Positions 1 to 10,290 of a DNA stretch of 64,000 nucleotides are shown in pieces. Positions within the stretch are counted from its first letter, which is position 1. Each line of letters begins with the position of its first letter. The notes under the pieces are model-generated. The model was not told where the DNA came from. It saw only the letters and a program-made list of their open reading frames with translations, and ran no database searches. The position numbers and the translations under genes were made by a program. The stretch is taken from sequence record DRR378314_402. The stretch is one strand, 5' to 3'.

Positions 1-135
1 TTGTGGCCACAATTGGCACAGCAGGTATCGATTAAAGCCTTTGCGCCGATTCAGCCCGGGTTACATGATTTATATCTGGATACGATTCGTCGGCAAGCGA
101 GTGATGAGAGAAGCAGCGAGGAGGCGCAGTCATGA
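1..135 (+). CDS. 3' end of ABC transporter ATP-binding protein (NatA-like, partial)
   Basis: Frame 1 reads ...FAPIQPGLHDLYLDTIRRQASDERSSEEAQS*, resembling the P-S-L-H-D-I-F C-terminus of ABC-2 ATPases. Its TGA overlaps the permease ATG (ATGA). Confidence 0.7.
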   Translation: MWPQLAQQVSIKAFAPIQPGLHDLYLDTIRRQASDERSSEEAQS

Positions 136-1337
136 AACAGACGAATCCGGGTTATTTTAAGCAGTTGAAAGCCATTTCATGGTGGGAGTTTAAGCGCTTC
201 TTTAAGTGGAAGCAGGAACTTCTGTCTATTGTCATTTTGGTCGGCATTTTTGCCGTGAGCACTGGCTGGGGCGCAATAGCCCAACTTTTGTCAGATGAAT
301 ATCACGGAGCTATTTTCTATGAACAAGGAAAGCCACAGGCTTGGGAGTTTGAGGCCCCAAAAGACTTAAACCTTCGCAGCGCCGGTACTATGGAAGTGGA
401 AAACTGGAAAGCACAATTACCGGAAGACCTGGATACATTAATTGTCATAACACCGGAATTAACCGCAAAAGTCTGGGTTAAGAAGTCTCAGACCTGGCAA
501 CAGGAATTGCGCCGCGAATTACAGGATCAACTGCAGGATCTGCGCATTCAGCAGTTACCACTGTCACCGGAAGAAAAAGCGGTTATTGATGAAAAGCCGG
601 AAATTGCGTTTTCTATTGAAGAAAGCGAAGAAGCTTCCATTGACGATGCTAACGACGGTTCAGCCAGTATGCTACTGGTGATAATAATGGTTGGGGTTTT
701 TACTGGCTTCGGTTTGATGATGATGTCCATAACCGCCGAGAAACAACAGCGTGTAACCGAGCAGTTGCTGACTATCGTGACACCGACTCAGTGGATGGAT
801 GGCAAAATTATTGGTATTACCTTGCACAGCCTTAAATCAATGCTCTTTATCGGCTTAATGATTTTGGGCGTAAGCCTGGTCGTTGCGGCACTGTCCGATA
901 AGAGCGGTTCAGGTCTGGACTGGGGCATTGGCACAGGTCTGTTGAGTCTTATCTTTGTTTTATTGGGGACGGTCTTAATTAACGCCTTACTAGCGGGTTT
1001 TTCCGCAACCATCGATGACCCTAACCACTCATCCCGAAGCACGGTGATGCTGGTACCGATGTTGCCAATATTTCTGAGCTTTAGTGTGGTAAGTGAACCT
1101 GACTCGACCTTAGCTACCGTAATGAGCATTCTGCCGATTAGCTCCTTTGCCATGATGCCGGCGCGTTTGTTGCAAACTGATGTCGCGGTATGGGAATGGT
1201 TGCTGAGCCTGGTATTACTGGCGGCCTTTGTATACTGGATGCGAAATGTAGCGGGGCGCTTGTTCGCTATGGGTATTCAGTATTACGGAAAAGAACCGGG
1301 CTGGAAGGAAATTTGGCGAGCCGTGTCTGGTAAATAG
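132..1337 (+). CDS. ABC-2 type exporter permease (NatB-like)
   Basis: N-terminal TM, extracytoplasmic loop, EKQQRVTEQLL motif (EKxxRxxExLL), GKIIG, several C-terminal TMs. Confidence 0.85.
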   Translation: MKQTNPGYFKQLKAISWWEFKRFFKWKQELLSIVILVGIFAVSTGWGAIAQLLSDEYHGAIFYEQGKPQAWEFEAPKDLNLRSAGTMEVENWKAQLPEDLDTLIVITPELTAKVWVKKSQTWQQELRRELQDQLQDLRIQQLPLSPEEKAVIDEKPEIAFSIEESEEASIDDANDGSASMLLVIIMVGVFTGFGLMMMSITAEKQQRVTEQLLTIVTPTQWMDGKIIGITLHSLKSMLFIGLMILGVSLVVAALSDKSGSGLDWGIGTGLLSLIFVLLGTVLINALLAGFSATIDDPNHSSRSTVMLVPMLPIFLSFSVVSEPDSTLATVMSILPISSFAMMPARLLQTDVAVWEWLLSLVLLAAFVYWMRNVAGRLFAMGIQYYGKEPGWKEIWRAVSGK

Positions 1338-1350
1338 GGAAGTTTAGGAT

Positions 1351-1392
1351 AAAAAAAGCCGGGAGCTTCAAAATGAAGTATCCCGGCTTTTT
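1351..1392. terminator. Bidirectional intrinsic terminator
   Basis: AAAAAAAGCCGGGA...TCCCGGCTTTTT between convergent genes. Confidence 0.85.
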
Positions 1393-1406
1393 ATTAGGAA
1401 CTGGCT

Positions 1407-3425
1407 TTATTTAAGCTGTTCAGCGTGTGGTAATTCAAACGATGGTTTTTCCTCAGCTTTTTCTACCAGGAAAGTATCCATCCAGCGCATAAAGCGCATG
1501 CTGTAGTCCAGCTGTGCCGCCACTTTGCGGTTACCATGGCCTTCGCCGGGGTACAACACTAAGCGAACCGGTACATTACCGTGAGTTTTCAGATAACGGT
1601 ACAATTCCATGGACTGTGATGGATGAACGCGGGTGTCTTCTTTACCATGCATAATAAGAATTGGCGTGCGCGCTTTTTCCGCGTGATAAATTGGGCTGCG
1701 CTCTAAGTACCATTCCCACTTGTCCCACGGATAGCTACGGGCATGCACAGCGTGCATTTCTTTGGCAATGTCGGTGGTACCAAACTTAGATAAGTTGTCG
1801 CTGATACCTACAAACATAACGCTGGCAGCGAAATGCTCGGTCTGTGCTGTTGCGCCCCAGGCCGACGCGTAACCACCGTAAGACCCGCCGGTAATACCCA
1901 CGCTCGACTCATCGGCTAATCCGATTTCGACCAAGTGTTTCTTGGCATCGACAATGTCGTCAAACTCTTTACCGGCGTAGTCGTTCTGACCCAGCTTAGA
2001 GAACTCAACACCACGACCGGTACTGCCACGGTAATTCGGGAAGAACAGGGCATAACCTTTGGCTGCAGCATGTTTAACTGGCGACGCATAGCGATCTAAC
2101 CAGCCGTTGCTGTAATGCGACTCAGGACCACCGTGAATCACCATCATGGTCGGGTAGGTCTTGCCTTCTTCGTAGTTGGTTGGGTAAACCACAATACCTT
2201 CCAGCTTAAGCCCGTCGCGTGCTTTATAAGTCATGGTTTCCTGACGAGGCATATCGATCTCGGCCAGCCAGGGGTTAGAGTCGGTTAAACGCTCCAGACG
2301 ACCATTGCTGTATTTGAATGCTTCGCTCGGGTGGCTAGGACGGTGACCGGTTAAAACAAATTCAGATTTGCCGGCTTCGCCGTCCAGGCTGGTGAAAATG
2401 GCTTCACCCAACTCTAACAGGCTGCGGCTTTCTAAAAACTTAAGCGTTAATGCCTGAACTTCGGTTTCGGTGCCACGATGACCCAGCCAGATAATTTCTT
2501 CATCGGTACGCCAGGTAAAGTCTTTTACTGCGCCTTTGTAGTCAGGCAACACGTTGCGGTGTTCTTGCTCGCGAGTGTCGTAAACAAATAAAGAACCAGC
2601 AGAAGGATCGTTGTAGTCAGCAGCGCGGATCATGGCCAAATAACGACCGTCCGGTGAAAATTCTGCACGACCAAGCTTGCCTTCACTTTCAAACGAAGTG
2701 ACTACTTCGCCGTCCAGACTAATAAGCTGATATTGGCTGCTCATGTAATTGTCATCGATAAGCGAAGTTGGTGCGGTACGAACCAGTAGCTGTTCGTTAT
2801 TCGGGTGGAAGCTAACCGAAAGCGCGTGCTGGTCGTCGGCGGTAACCGCTTTGGCTTCTGCGTCTTCTTCACCCAATGAAACATGGTAAACCTGAGTATA
2901 GGTTAAGTCTTCTTCGTAGACTTCGGCTTTAAAGCCTTTCTTTTCAAGTTTTTCTTCATCGCTGTCTTTCGCGCCTGAAGACAAAAAGACCAGTTGCTCG
3001 CTGTTATCACTCAACGCGTAGCTGCCAATATTGCCGTCAAATTCAAACACCGACTGAATACCGCCGCCGTGCACAGGCATGCGGTAAAGCTCCTGATACT
3101 CATCGCCTTCTTCTTTGGCAGTAAAGTACAGGTATTCGCTTTGCGGACCAAAGCTGACCCGGCCGAACTTTTTGTCTTTACTCAGGTAAGACGTTTCTTC
3201 GCCTTCAGCGTTAATAAGCACTAACTCACTGTAGCTGGAGCCGTCGTCATCTTCGTACGGAGTACGGGGTGTTGAGCGGATAACCGCAGTGAACTGACCA
3301 TTCGGCGACAATTGAGCCGAACGAATGGCTTTGGTGGTTACGGTTTCCATTAGCGTCATCTCGCGGGCATCAATATCGGCCGCCAAGACTGCTAATGCCA
3401 TACCGCCTACAGCACGTAAAAGCAT
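1407..3425 (-). CDS. S9 family (prolyl oligopeptidase/acylaminoacyl) peptidase, exported
   Basis: Signal peptide, beta-propeller region, IHGGP, NYRGSTGRG, GGSYGG nucleophile, EDTRV, EGHG catalytic His. Confidence 0.92.
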   Translation of the reverse strand: MLLRAVGGMALAVLAADIDAREMTLMETVTTKAIRSAQLSPNGQFTAVIRSTPRTPYEDDDGSSYSELVLINAEGEETSYLSKDKKFGRVSFGPQSEYLYFTAKEEGDEYQELYRMPVHGGGIQSVFEFDGNIGSYALSDNSEQLVFLSSGAKDSDEEKLEKKGFKAEVYEEDLTYTQVYHVSLGEEDAEAKAVTADDQHALSVSFHPNNEQLLVRTAPTSLIDDNYMSSQYQLISLDGEVVTSFESEGKLGRAEFSPDGRYLAMIRAADYNDPSAGSLFVYDTREQEHRNVLPDYKGAVKDFTWRTDEEIIWLGHRGTETEVQALTLKFLESRSLLELGEAIFTSLDGEAGKSEFVLTGHRPSHPSEAFKYSNGRLERLTDSNPWLAEIDMPRQETMTYKARDGLKLEGIVVYPTNYEEGKTYPTMMVIHGGPESHYSNGWLDRYASPVKHAAAKGYALFFPNYRGSTGRGVEFSKLGQNDYAGKEFDDIVDAKKHLVEIGLADESSVGITGGSYGGYASAWGATAQTEHFAASVMFVGISDNLSKFGTTDIAKEMHAVHARSYPWDKWEWYLERSPIYHAEKARTPILIMHGKEDTRVHPSQSMELYRYLKTHGNVPVRLVLYPGEGHGNRKVAAQLDYSMRFMRWMDTFLVEKAEEKPSFELPHAEQLK

Positions 3426-3463
3426 AATGTTCTCCAGTTTCTTGTTCTGATTAAGATTGTTTT

Positions 3464-4084
3464 TTATGACTCTCGTTTTAGTAATCGGCGAGTCGCTTCG
3501 GCGCCCCGGGCAACTAAGCGAACTTGCAGAATCGTTTTTTCGGTAATAATTTCGCGCTCTTCTTCGTCTACGTCAAAGCAGTCGGCACCGGCGCTGAATA
3601 CAATTTTGGCAATAGTGTCCGACTGTAACTCGGCCAACTCGCGGCTAAACGACTGTTCGTTAACTAAATAGTCTTCCAGTTCGGCCTTGAAGTGATCTAT
3701 TTCGCGCACTACCGCCAAACGAAAACTGCGTGAGCGGCCTGAACGCTCCTGCAACAACAACCTGAAGGTAGCGGTGTTGTCTGCGACAAACTGCATAAAA
3801 GTTTCTATAGATACCCGAATAATTGAGCCGCCGGATTCAATGCGCTGACGCGCCTGGCGTAATAGTTGGCGTAAAGCCAGGCCGCATTCGTCGACCAAAG
3901 TGAGTCCTAACTCATCCATGTCACGAAAGTGTCTGTAGAATGACGTGGGGGCAATTCCGGCTTCACGGGCAACCTCACGCAGGCTCAAACTGGAGAAACC
4001 GTTTTCAGCGCTTAATTGGTTCATTGCCGCGTTAATTAACGCCTGTCGGGTTTTCTCTTTCTGCTTTGCGCGAATTCCGGCCAT
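3464..4084 (-). CDS. fabR: TetR-family fatty acid biosynthesis regulator FabR
   Basis: [13 protein letters not shown]...[37 protein letters not shown] is the FabR signature; divergent from a desaturase with a FabR-type operator. Confidence 0.93.
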   Translation of the reverse strand: MAGIRAKQKEKTRQALINAAMNQLSAENGFSSLSLREVAREAGIAPTSFYRHFRDMDELGLTLVDECGLALRQLLRQARQRIESGGSIIRVSIETFMQFVADNTATFRLLLQERSGRSRSFRLAVVREIDHFKAELEDYLVNEQSFSRELAELQSDTIAKIVFSAGADCFDVDEEEREIITEKTILQVRLVARGAEATRRLLKRES

Positions 4085-4178
4085 AGTCGTATAGTCATCT
4101 TTGCGTGTATATTAAGAATGATAACACAGCTTTTTACACTTTTACCGCTTGTAATTTGAACACGAAACACGTACATTC

Positions 4179-4196
4179 AGCGTACAGGTGTACGCT
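4179..4196. promoter_or_regulatory. FabR/DesT-type operator
   Basis: AGCGTACA-GG-TGTACGCT, perfect 8-bp inverted repeat resembling the known FabR site, between fabR and the desaturase. Confidence 0.88.
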
Positions 4197-4237
4197 ATTA
4201 GACGCCTGCCTTTATTTGAATGTTTTAGGTTATATGC

Positions 4238-5377
4238 ATGCAAAAGATTTCTGAAAAGCCCCCCATTATCTGGTTAAACACCCTGGTGTTCTCTATTACC
4301 TTTATTGTCGCCATTGTTGGTGTACCTTTATACGCATACAGCGTTGGCATTGGTGCCGCGTTTTGGTGGGTTATGTTGGGCACGGCGTGTTTCGCCGGCT
4401 TATCTATTACTGCGGGCTATCATCGCCTGTGGGCGCATCGTACATACGATGCAAACCCGGTAATTCGTTTTATTTTTGCCATTGGCGGTGCGGTTGCGCT
4501 GCAGAACAGTGCGCTTCACTGGTCTTCTGACCACCGTGAGCACCACAAGCACGTTGATGACAACGACAAAGACCCGTATTCAGCTAAGCGAGGCTTCTGG
4601 TACTCGCATATTGGCTGGATGATCCGTGAATATCAGGCGAGCCGTTATACTGACTACGATAACGTTAAAGACCTGCAGAAAGACCCAATTGTTATGTGGC
4701 AGCACAAGTATTACTTGCCGCTAACTCTGTTTGTGAACTTTGGCTGGCCAATTGCCGCCGGTTTCATGCTGGGCGACGTGTGGGCAGGATTGTTGGTTAT
4801 TGGCGTGTTGCGCCTGGTGCTAAACCACCACACCACTTTCTTTATTAACTCGCTGGCGCATATTTGGGGTAAACAGCCTTATACCGACAAAAACACTGCG
4901 CGCGACAATGGCGTGCTGGCGTTTCTGACGTTTGGCGAGGGTTACCATAATTACCACCACATTTTTGCCGCGGATTATCGTAACGGTATTCGCTGGTGGC
5001 AGTTCGACCCAACTAAATGGCTGATCGTAGCCAGTAAATGGCTGGGTCTGGCGAAAAACTTAAAGCGCAGCTCGCCGTATCAGGTCGAGCGGGCGAAACT
5101 GCAAATGCAGTTAAAACGAGCTCAGCTGAAAGCTCAGGCAGCGCCGGAATCTTTGTTTGAAAGGGCTCAGGAACATTATGACCAGATGGGCCAGCAGTTG
5201 AAGGCTTATTATCAGGCTCGTAAAAAGCTTCTGGATACTAAAGCTAAAGCCTTGAAAGAACATGTGCATCACGATATTGACGCGTTGAAGCGTCAGGTTG
5301 ATGAAATGAAGGCTTCGCTGGAAATGCAAAAACGCTCCTGGAAAGCACTGTTAAACCAAATTCAGCAGCACGCGTAA
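4238..5377 (+). CDS. Acyl-CoA delta-9 fatty acid desaturase
   Basis: His boxes HRLWAH, HREHH and HNYHH; GEGYHNYHH; WWQFDPTKW; C-terminal coiled coil. Confidence 0.92.
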   Translation: MQKISEKPPIIWLNTLVFSITFIVAIVGVPLYAYSVGIGAAFWWVMLGTACFAGLSITAGYHRLWAHRTYDANPVIRFIFAIGGAVALQNSALHWSSDHREHHKHVDDNDKDPYSAKRGFWYSHIGWMIREYQASRYTDYDNVKDLQKDPIVMWQHKYYLPLTLFVNFGWPIAAGFMLGDVWAGLLVIGVLRLVLNHHTTFFINSLAHIWGKQPYTDKNTARDNGVLAFLTFGEGYHNYHHIFAADYRNGIRWWQFDPTKWLIVASKWLGLAKNLKRSSPYQVERAKLQMQLKRAQLKAQAAPESLFERAQEHYDQMGQQLKAYYQARKKLLDTKAKALKEHVHHDIDALKRQVDEMKASLEMQKRSWKALLNQIQQHA

Positions 5378-5491
5378 TTATTGGTTGAAATTGCGACGAA
5401 TGGCATTTGTCAGTACTTGAAAATGTTTAAAATATAAACGATACTGACAAATACATTCGTAGTAACACGCCGTAGTGTGTGGGAGGAAACG

Positions 5492-5809
5492 ATGGAAATT
5501 GGTGCAGCAATGAACTCAGGCTTGCAGGGTATGCAACGTGCAAACCAGCAGGTATCACAAGCGAGTCAGGAAATTGCGTCTGCTTCAACATCGGGTCGTA
5601 ATGATGTTCAGCAGCAAAGTAATGCCGTTGCAAATGGTGCCCAGGCCGCAACTGAAACTGCGTCAGAAACCAGCCAAAGCGTTACGGCTGCCAACACAAC
5701 TGATTCTTTGGTTTCATTAAACCAAGGGCAGACCAACTTTGAGTCAAACACCCGTACGGTAGAAACTGCCGACGAGATGTTGGGCACAATGATTGATACC
5801 AGCGCTTAA
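5492..5809 (+). CDS. Small protein consisting of flagellar rod/hook-like N- and C-terminal helices
   Basis: SGLQGMQRANQQVSQASQEIA resembles the Flg_bb_rod N-terminus; SLVSLNQGQTNFESNTRTVETADEMLGTMID resembles the rod/hook C-terminus. ATG 5492 follows GGAGG. Confidence 0.65.
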   Translation: MEIGAAMNSGLQGMQRANQQVSQASQEIASASTSGRNDVQQQSNAVANGAQAATETASETSQSVTAANTTDSLVSLNQGQTNFESNTRTVETADEMLGTMIDTSA

Positions 5810-5818
5810 TGTTCTAGT

Positions 5819-6658
5819 ATGAATATCTCACCAGCGTTACCGCCTATTCCTGTAGCGTCGGCACCACCTGCGGAGTCGATGAACAGAGATAATTTGCAGC
5901 GGCCGTTGGTGAACGAACCTGCCAAATCTGATCAATCCAGTAATAAAGCCGATACCCAGGCTGACAGAAAACCCGACGCGAAAGCGGATGGTAAGCCCGA
6001 CAGCAAAAAAGCCACCGACAAAGCCAGCAAAGAAGTTACTGACAATGCTGAAAAGAATCAGCAGAAGCTCAGTGAAGAAGAAGTTGAAAAAGTCGATGAG
6101 CTAAAAAGCCGTGACCAGGAAGTTCGTGTACACGAACAAGCCCACGCGGCAGTTGGCGGCCAGCATGCAGGCTCGCCTTCCTATGAATACGAACGCGGGC
6201 CTGACGGTAAGTCTTATGCTGTGGGCGGCGAAGTTCAAATAGATGTCAGCCCGGTTAATGGTGATCCGCAAGCGACCATTCAAAAAATGCAGTTGGTACG
6301 TCGCGCGGCATTAGCGCCAGCACAACCTTCTGCTGCCGACCGTTCAATTGCTGCCGAAGCGGCTAATAAAGCCACGCAGGCTCGGGCGGAATTAGCCCAA
6401 ATGCAAGTTGAGGCAAGCGAAAGCGGTGAGGAAGGCGAGAAACAAAACCTCGATATCAGTATTAACGCGCCGTTTAATAAAAGTCTGGAAGGTGAAAATA
6501 AAGGCGGTTCTAGTAGCCAATCCGCGTCATCAGGTGCTGTAACACCTGCCGAAGAAGGTAGAAAAACGCTTTCATCGTCCGAACGTGGCGAAATGATTTC
6601 TTCATTTTACGATAAGCGCGTTCGTCCTTCCGTGGACTCATTCAGCGCTACCGCTTAA
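5819..6658 (+). CDS. SprA-related family protein (putative metalloprotease, HExxH)
   Basis: RDQEVRVHEQAH...YEYERGPDGKSYAVGGEV...RRAALAPAQPSAADRSIAA conserved core flanked by low-complexity regions. Confidence 0.8.
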   Translation: MNISPALPPIPVASAPPAESMNRDNLQRPLVNEPAKSDQSSNKADTQADRKPDAKADGKPDSKKATDKASKEVTDNAEKNQQKLSEEEVEKVDELKSRDQEVRVHEQAHAAVGGQHAGSPSYEYERGPDGKSYAVGGEVQIDVSPVNGDPQATIQKMQLVRRAALAPAQPSAADRSIAAEAANKATQARAELAQMQVEASESGEEGEKQNLDISINAPFNKSLEGENKGGSSSQSASSGAVTPAEEGRKTLSSSERGEMISSFYDKRVRPSVDSFSATA

Positions 6659-6668
6659 CTATTCCTGT

Positions 6669-8999
6669 TTAATCTTTCTTCGCTTTTGCAAAGGCGTCTG
6701 CTAATGCACTGCCCATTGCTGAGTTTTGTGGCTGTGGCGCACGACCACCATTGCCTGAAGGTTTTTTCTTAGGTCCGCTTCCGGTTTTCGCTTTAGGCTT
6801 GTCGCTGCCTGCGGTATTGGCTGGGGCTTCATCGCTCAGGCGCATGGTTAAGCCAATACGTTTACGCTCAATGTCCACTTCCAGCACTTTTACCTTCACA
6901 ATGTCGCCGGCTTTAACCACTTCGCGCGGATCGCTGACGAACTTGTCCGCCAGTGCTGAAATGTGCACCAGACCGTCCTGATGCACGCCAACATCAATAA
7001 AGGCACCAAAGTTCGCCACGTTAGTTACCACACCTTCCAGCAACATGCCGGGCTTCAGATCACTGACTTTCTCAACGCCTTCTTTAAACTCGGCCATTTT
7101 GAATTCAGGACGCGGGTCGCGGCCGGGTTTTTCCAGTTCGGACAAAATGTCGTTAACCGTTGGCAGACCAAAGCGCTCATCGGTGTAGTCTTTAGCGTTC
7201 AAGGTTTTAATCAATTGCTGATTACCAATAAGTTCCTGTACCGGTAGTGAGTTCTCTTTAGCAATGCGTTCAACCACGGTATAAGCCTCGGGGTGCACTG
7301 AAGACGCATCCAGTGGCTGCTCGCCGTTACTAATGCGTAAGAAGCCGGCTGCCTGTTCAAAGGCTTTTGGTCCCATGCGCGCAACATCCAGCAATTGCTT
7401 ACGGTTACGGAACGCACCATGAGCATCGCGGTGCTCAACTAAGTTCTTCGCCAAAGTTTTCGATAAGCCGGATACGCGCTGCAGCAACGCGGCAGAAGCC
7501 ATATTGGCATCTACACCCACGGCGTTTACGCAGTCTTCAACCACCGCATCCAGACTTTGCGCCAGTTGTGACTGACTCACGTCGTGCTGGTACTGGCCTA
7601 CACCAATAGACTTAGGCTCAATCTTCACCAGCTCTGCCAACGGATCCTGCAAGCGGCGGGCAATAGAGACTGCACCACGTAGCGACACGTCCATATTCGG
7701 GAATTCCTGCGCAGCCAGTTCAGACGCCGAGTAAACCGAAGCACCGGCTTCGTTCACTATAACCTTAGTGGCTTTAATGTCGCCGTGTTGTTTCAGCATG
7801 TCGCCGACCATTTTGTCGGTCTCGCGCGAGTGGGTGCCGTTACCAATGCTGATAAGCTCCACTTTGTACTGCTTGCACAAGGTAGCCAGCGTACGCATGG
7901 CTTTGTCCATTTGGTTCTGCGGCTGGAACGGGAATACGGTGTTAGTGGCAACCGCTTTACCGGTTTCGTCTACCACCGCAACCTTAACACCGGTACGAAC
8001 ACCCGGATCTAAGCCCATGGTGGTTTTAGCCCCGGCAGGTGCCGCCATCAGTAAGTCTTTTAGGTTGCTGGCAAATACCTGAATGGCCGCTTCCTCAGCA
8101 CGCTCGCGTACACGGGCCATTAGCTCTGTTTCCATATGCAGTGACAATTTCACCCGCCAGGTCCATTGAATAACCTGACGCAACCAGTCGTCGGCAGCGC
8201 GGCCTTTATGCTCAAAGTTCAGGAAGTCGGCAATAATCACTTCGCAATGTGAGCCGGCGGTTTTATCTTCACTGCCCGGGTCAGCGTCCATAGAAAGCTG
8301 TAAAAAGCCTTCGTTACGGCCACGCAGTAAGGCCAGCGTGCGGTGCGAGGGGATGGTTTTAAACAGCTCAGAAAACTCAAAGTAGTCGCGGAACTTAGCG
8401 CCTTCTTTCTCTTTACCCGCCGCAACTGTGCTGGTTAGGTGCGCGTTCTGCCATAAGTGCGAGCGCAAACGTTTTAGTAACTCCGCCTGCTCGGCAAAGC
8501 GCTCCATTAAAATAGCGCGGGCACCGTCTAAAACCGCTTTCGCATCGGCAAAGCCTTTGTCGGCGTCAATGTATTCTGCCGCGGCGAGCTCCGGGTTCTG
8601 AGTTGGGTCTTTCCACAGCAAGTCTGCCAGCGGCTCAAGCCCTGCTTCAATGGCAATTTGGCCTTTGGTGCGACGCTTCGGTTTGTAGGGCAGGTATAAA
8701 TCTTCCAACTCGGTTTTCGAGTCTGCGGTTTTAATGCTCTGAGTCAGTTCGTCGGTCAGTTTGCCTTGCTCGTCAATGGACTTGAGTATCACCTGGCGGC
8801 GGTCATCCAGCTCGCGCAGGTAGTTAAGACGCTGATGCAGCTGACGCAATTGCGTGTCATCTAAGCCGCCGGTCGCTTCCTTACGGTAGCGCGCAATAAA
8901 GGGCACCGTTGAGCCTTCATCCAGCAACTGGATAACAGACGAAATCTGGCGTTCATCAACCTTCAGTTCATTAGCAAGTAATTGCGGTATCTGGCTCAT
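6669..8999 (-). CDS. tex: Tex family RNA-binding transcriptional accessory protein
   Basis: [35 protein letters not shown]-terminal S1 domain ([18 protein letters not shown]). Confidence 0.96.
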   Translation of the reverse strand: MSQIPQLLANELKVDERQISSVIQLLDEGSTVPFIARYRKEATGGLDDTQLRQLHQRLNYLRELDDRRQVILKSIDEQGKLTDELTQSIKTADSKTELEDLYLPYKPKRRTKGQIAIEAGLEPLADLLWKDPTQNPELAAAEYIDADKGFADAKAVLDGARAILMERFAEQAELLKRLRSHLWQNAHLTSTVAAGKEKEGAKFRDYFEFSELFKTIPSHRTLALLRGRNEGFLQLSMDADPGSEDKTAGSHCEVIIADFLNFEHKGRAADDWLRQVIQWTWRVKLSLHMETELMARVRERAEEAAIQVFASNLKDLLMAAPAGAKTTMGLDPGVRTGVKVAVVDETGKAVATNTVFPFQPQNQMDKAMRTLATLCKQYKVELISIGNGTHSRETDKMVGDMLKQHGDIKATKVIVNEAGASVYSASELAAQEFPNMDVSLRGAVSIARRLQDPLAELVKIEPKSIGVGQYQHDVSQSQLAQSLDAVVEDCVNAVGVDANMASAALLQRVSGLSKTLAKNLVEHRDAHGAFRNRKQLLDVARMGPKAFEQAAGFLRISNGEQPLDASSVHPEAYTVVERIAKENSLPVQELIGNQQLIKTLNAKDYTDERFGLPTVNDILSELEKPGRDPRPEFKMAEFKEGVEKVSDLKPGMLLEGVVTNVANFGAFIDVGVHQDGLVHISALADKFVSDPREVVKAGDIVKVKVLEVDIERKRIGLTMRLSDEAPANTAGSDKPKAKTGSGPKKKPSGNGGRAPQPQNSAMGSALADAFAKAKKD

Positions 9000-9062
9000 A
9001 GTACATCTCTTAGTTTTGAAACTTTACGACAAATAATGGGGACGAATACTATCACGAATTGA

Positions 9063-9542
9063 CTACGCGGGCTGTTGGTAACTTATCTTATTAATGAACC
9101 AAGTCTTAGTGCCCTGAGGTGTGTTAACTTCCGCCTCGTCGTCTACCTGCTTTTTCAGCAAGGCGCGCGCCATGGGGGAATCAATAGACACCGCGTCTTT
9201 GCGATCATAAATTTCATCTGGACCAACAATTTGAAAGGCGCGAACATTCTTGTCCTCGTCCTCAATTTCCACCCAGGCACCAAAAAACACCTTACCGTCC
9301 TGTTGTGGTGCATAATATACCACCTTCACCTGCTCTAGACGCTTGGTTAAGTAGCGAATACGGCCATCAATTTTGCGTAGCTTTTGTTTGTTGTATTTAT
9401 AGTCTGCGTTTTCAGATCGGTCGCCGAGGCTCGCCGCCCAAGAGACCTTCTCCACCGTTTCGCGCCGCTCCACCCGCCAAAGGTGTTCAAGCTCCTGCTG
9501 CAACTTTTCATAACCGCCAAGGGTAATTAAATTGGTTTTCAT
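9063..9542 (-). CDS. greB: Transcription elongation factor GreB
   Basis: MKTNLIT..G...L..EL..LW..ER...VSWAASLGDRSENADY; SIDSPMARALL. Confidence 0.96.
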   Translation of the reverse strand: MKTNLITLGGYEKLQQELEHLWRVERRETVEKVSWAASLGDRSENADYKYNKQKLRKIDGRIRYLTKRLEQVKVVYYAPQQDGKVFFGAWVEIEDEDKNVRAFQIVGPDEIYDRKDAVSIDSPMARALLKKQVDDEAEVNTPQGTKTWFINKISYQQPA

Positions 9543-9827
9543 ACGCTGATTCGTTATTGCCTGCGTTGAATAATAGACGGGATTTTACTGGGTTATGAAG
9601 AGTAGGGGAATGGTAGATTGGGTAAGGGAATGTAAGTTTTGAGAGTAAATGTGTTGGCGAATTTAACCATAACTTTTAACTTAACTTGGGGCGCTCTTTT
9701 GTCCTCAATATTGCGTGTTTTTTTGTTGTTTTAGGTATTTAACTCATTTAATGTCAAAGACATAATAAAATTTACGAGTTATTTCTTCGGAGACTTGTGC
9801 TTTTGCTGGCAGCGTTAGGGCAATGTA

Positions 9828-10247
9828 ATGTCAGAATCAAAGATTGTAATAAAAGAAGAACCACCAACAACATCAGAGTTTGCAGCTTTGAGGGCATTGG
9901 CTGGTTGGGAGAGTCCAGAAATACGAATACTTCAGCAAAGCATTGACGCTTCGCTTTACTGGGTATCTGTTTTTTCAAATCAGACGTTAATTGGTACTGG
10001 TCGTGTTATTGGTGACGGTGCAATGTACTTTTATATTCAAGATGTCATTGTGCACCCAAAACATCAAAAAGTTGGCCTGGGCGCGGTAATCATGCAATCT
10101 ATAAACAAATATATTGCTGCCACTTGCCCAACTGGTTCGACTGTGGGCTTATTGTGTGCTCAAGGCAAGGAACAGTTCTACGAAAAATTTGGGTTCGTTG
10201 CGCGCAACGGACAAAAGCTTGGATTTGGCATGTGTAAGTTTATGTGA
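9828..10247 (+). CDS. GNAT family N-acetyltransferase
   Basis: GRVIGDG..YFYIQDVIVHPKHQKVGLG acetyl-CoA motif; FYEKFGF. Confidence 0.88.
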   Translation: MSESKIVIKEEPPTTSEFAALRALAGWESPEIRILQQSIDASLYWVSVFSNQTLIGTGRVIGDGAMYFYIQDVIVHPKHQKVGLGAVIMQSINKYIAATCPTGSTVGLLCAQGKEQFYEKFGFVARNGQKLGFGMCKFM

Positions 10248-10290
10248 CTCTTGCTCAAATAAGGCTCCACTCAGCAATGTTAAAGGTTAA

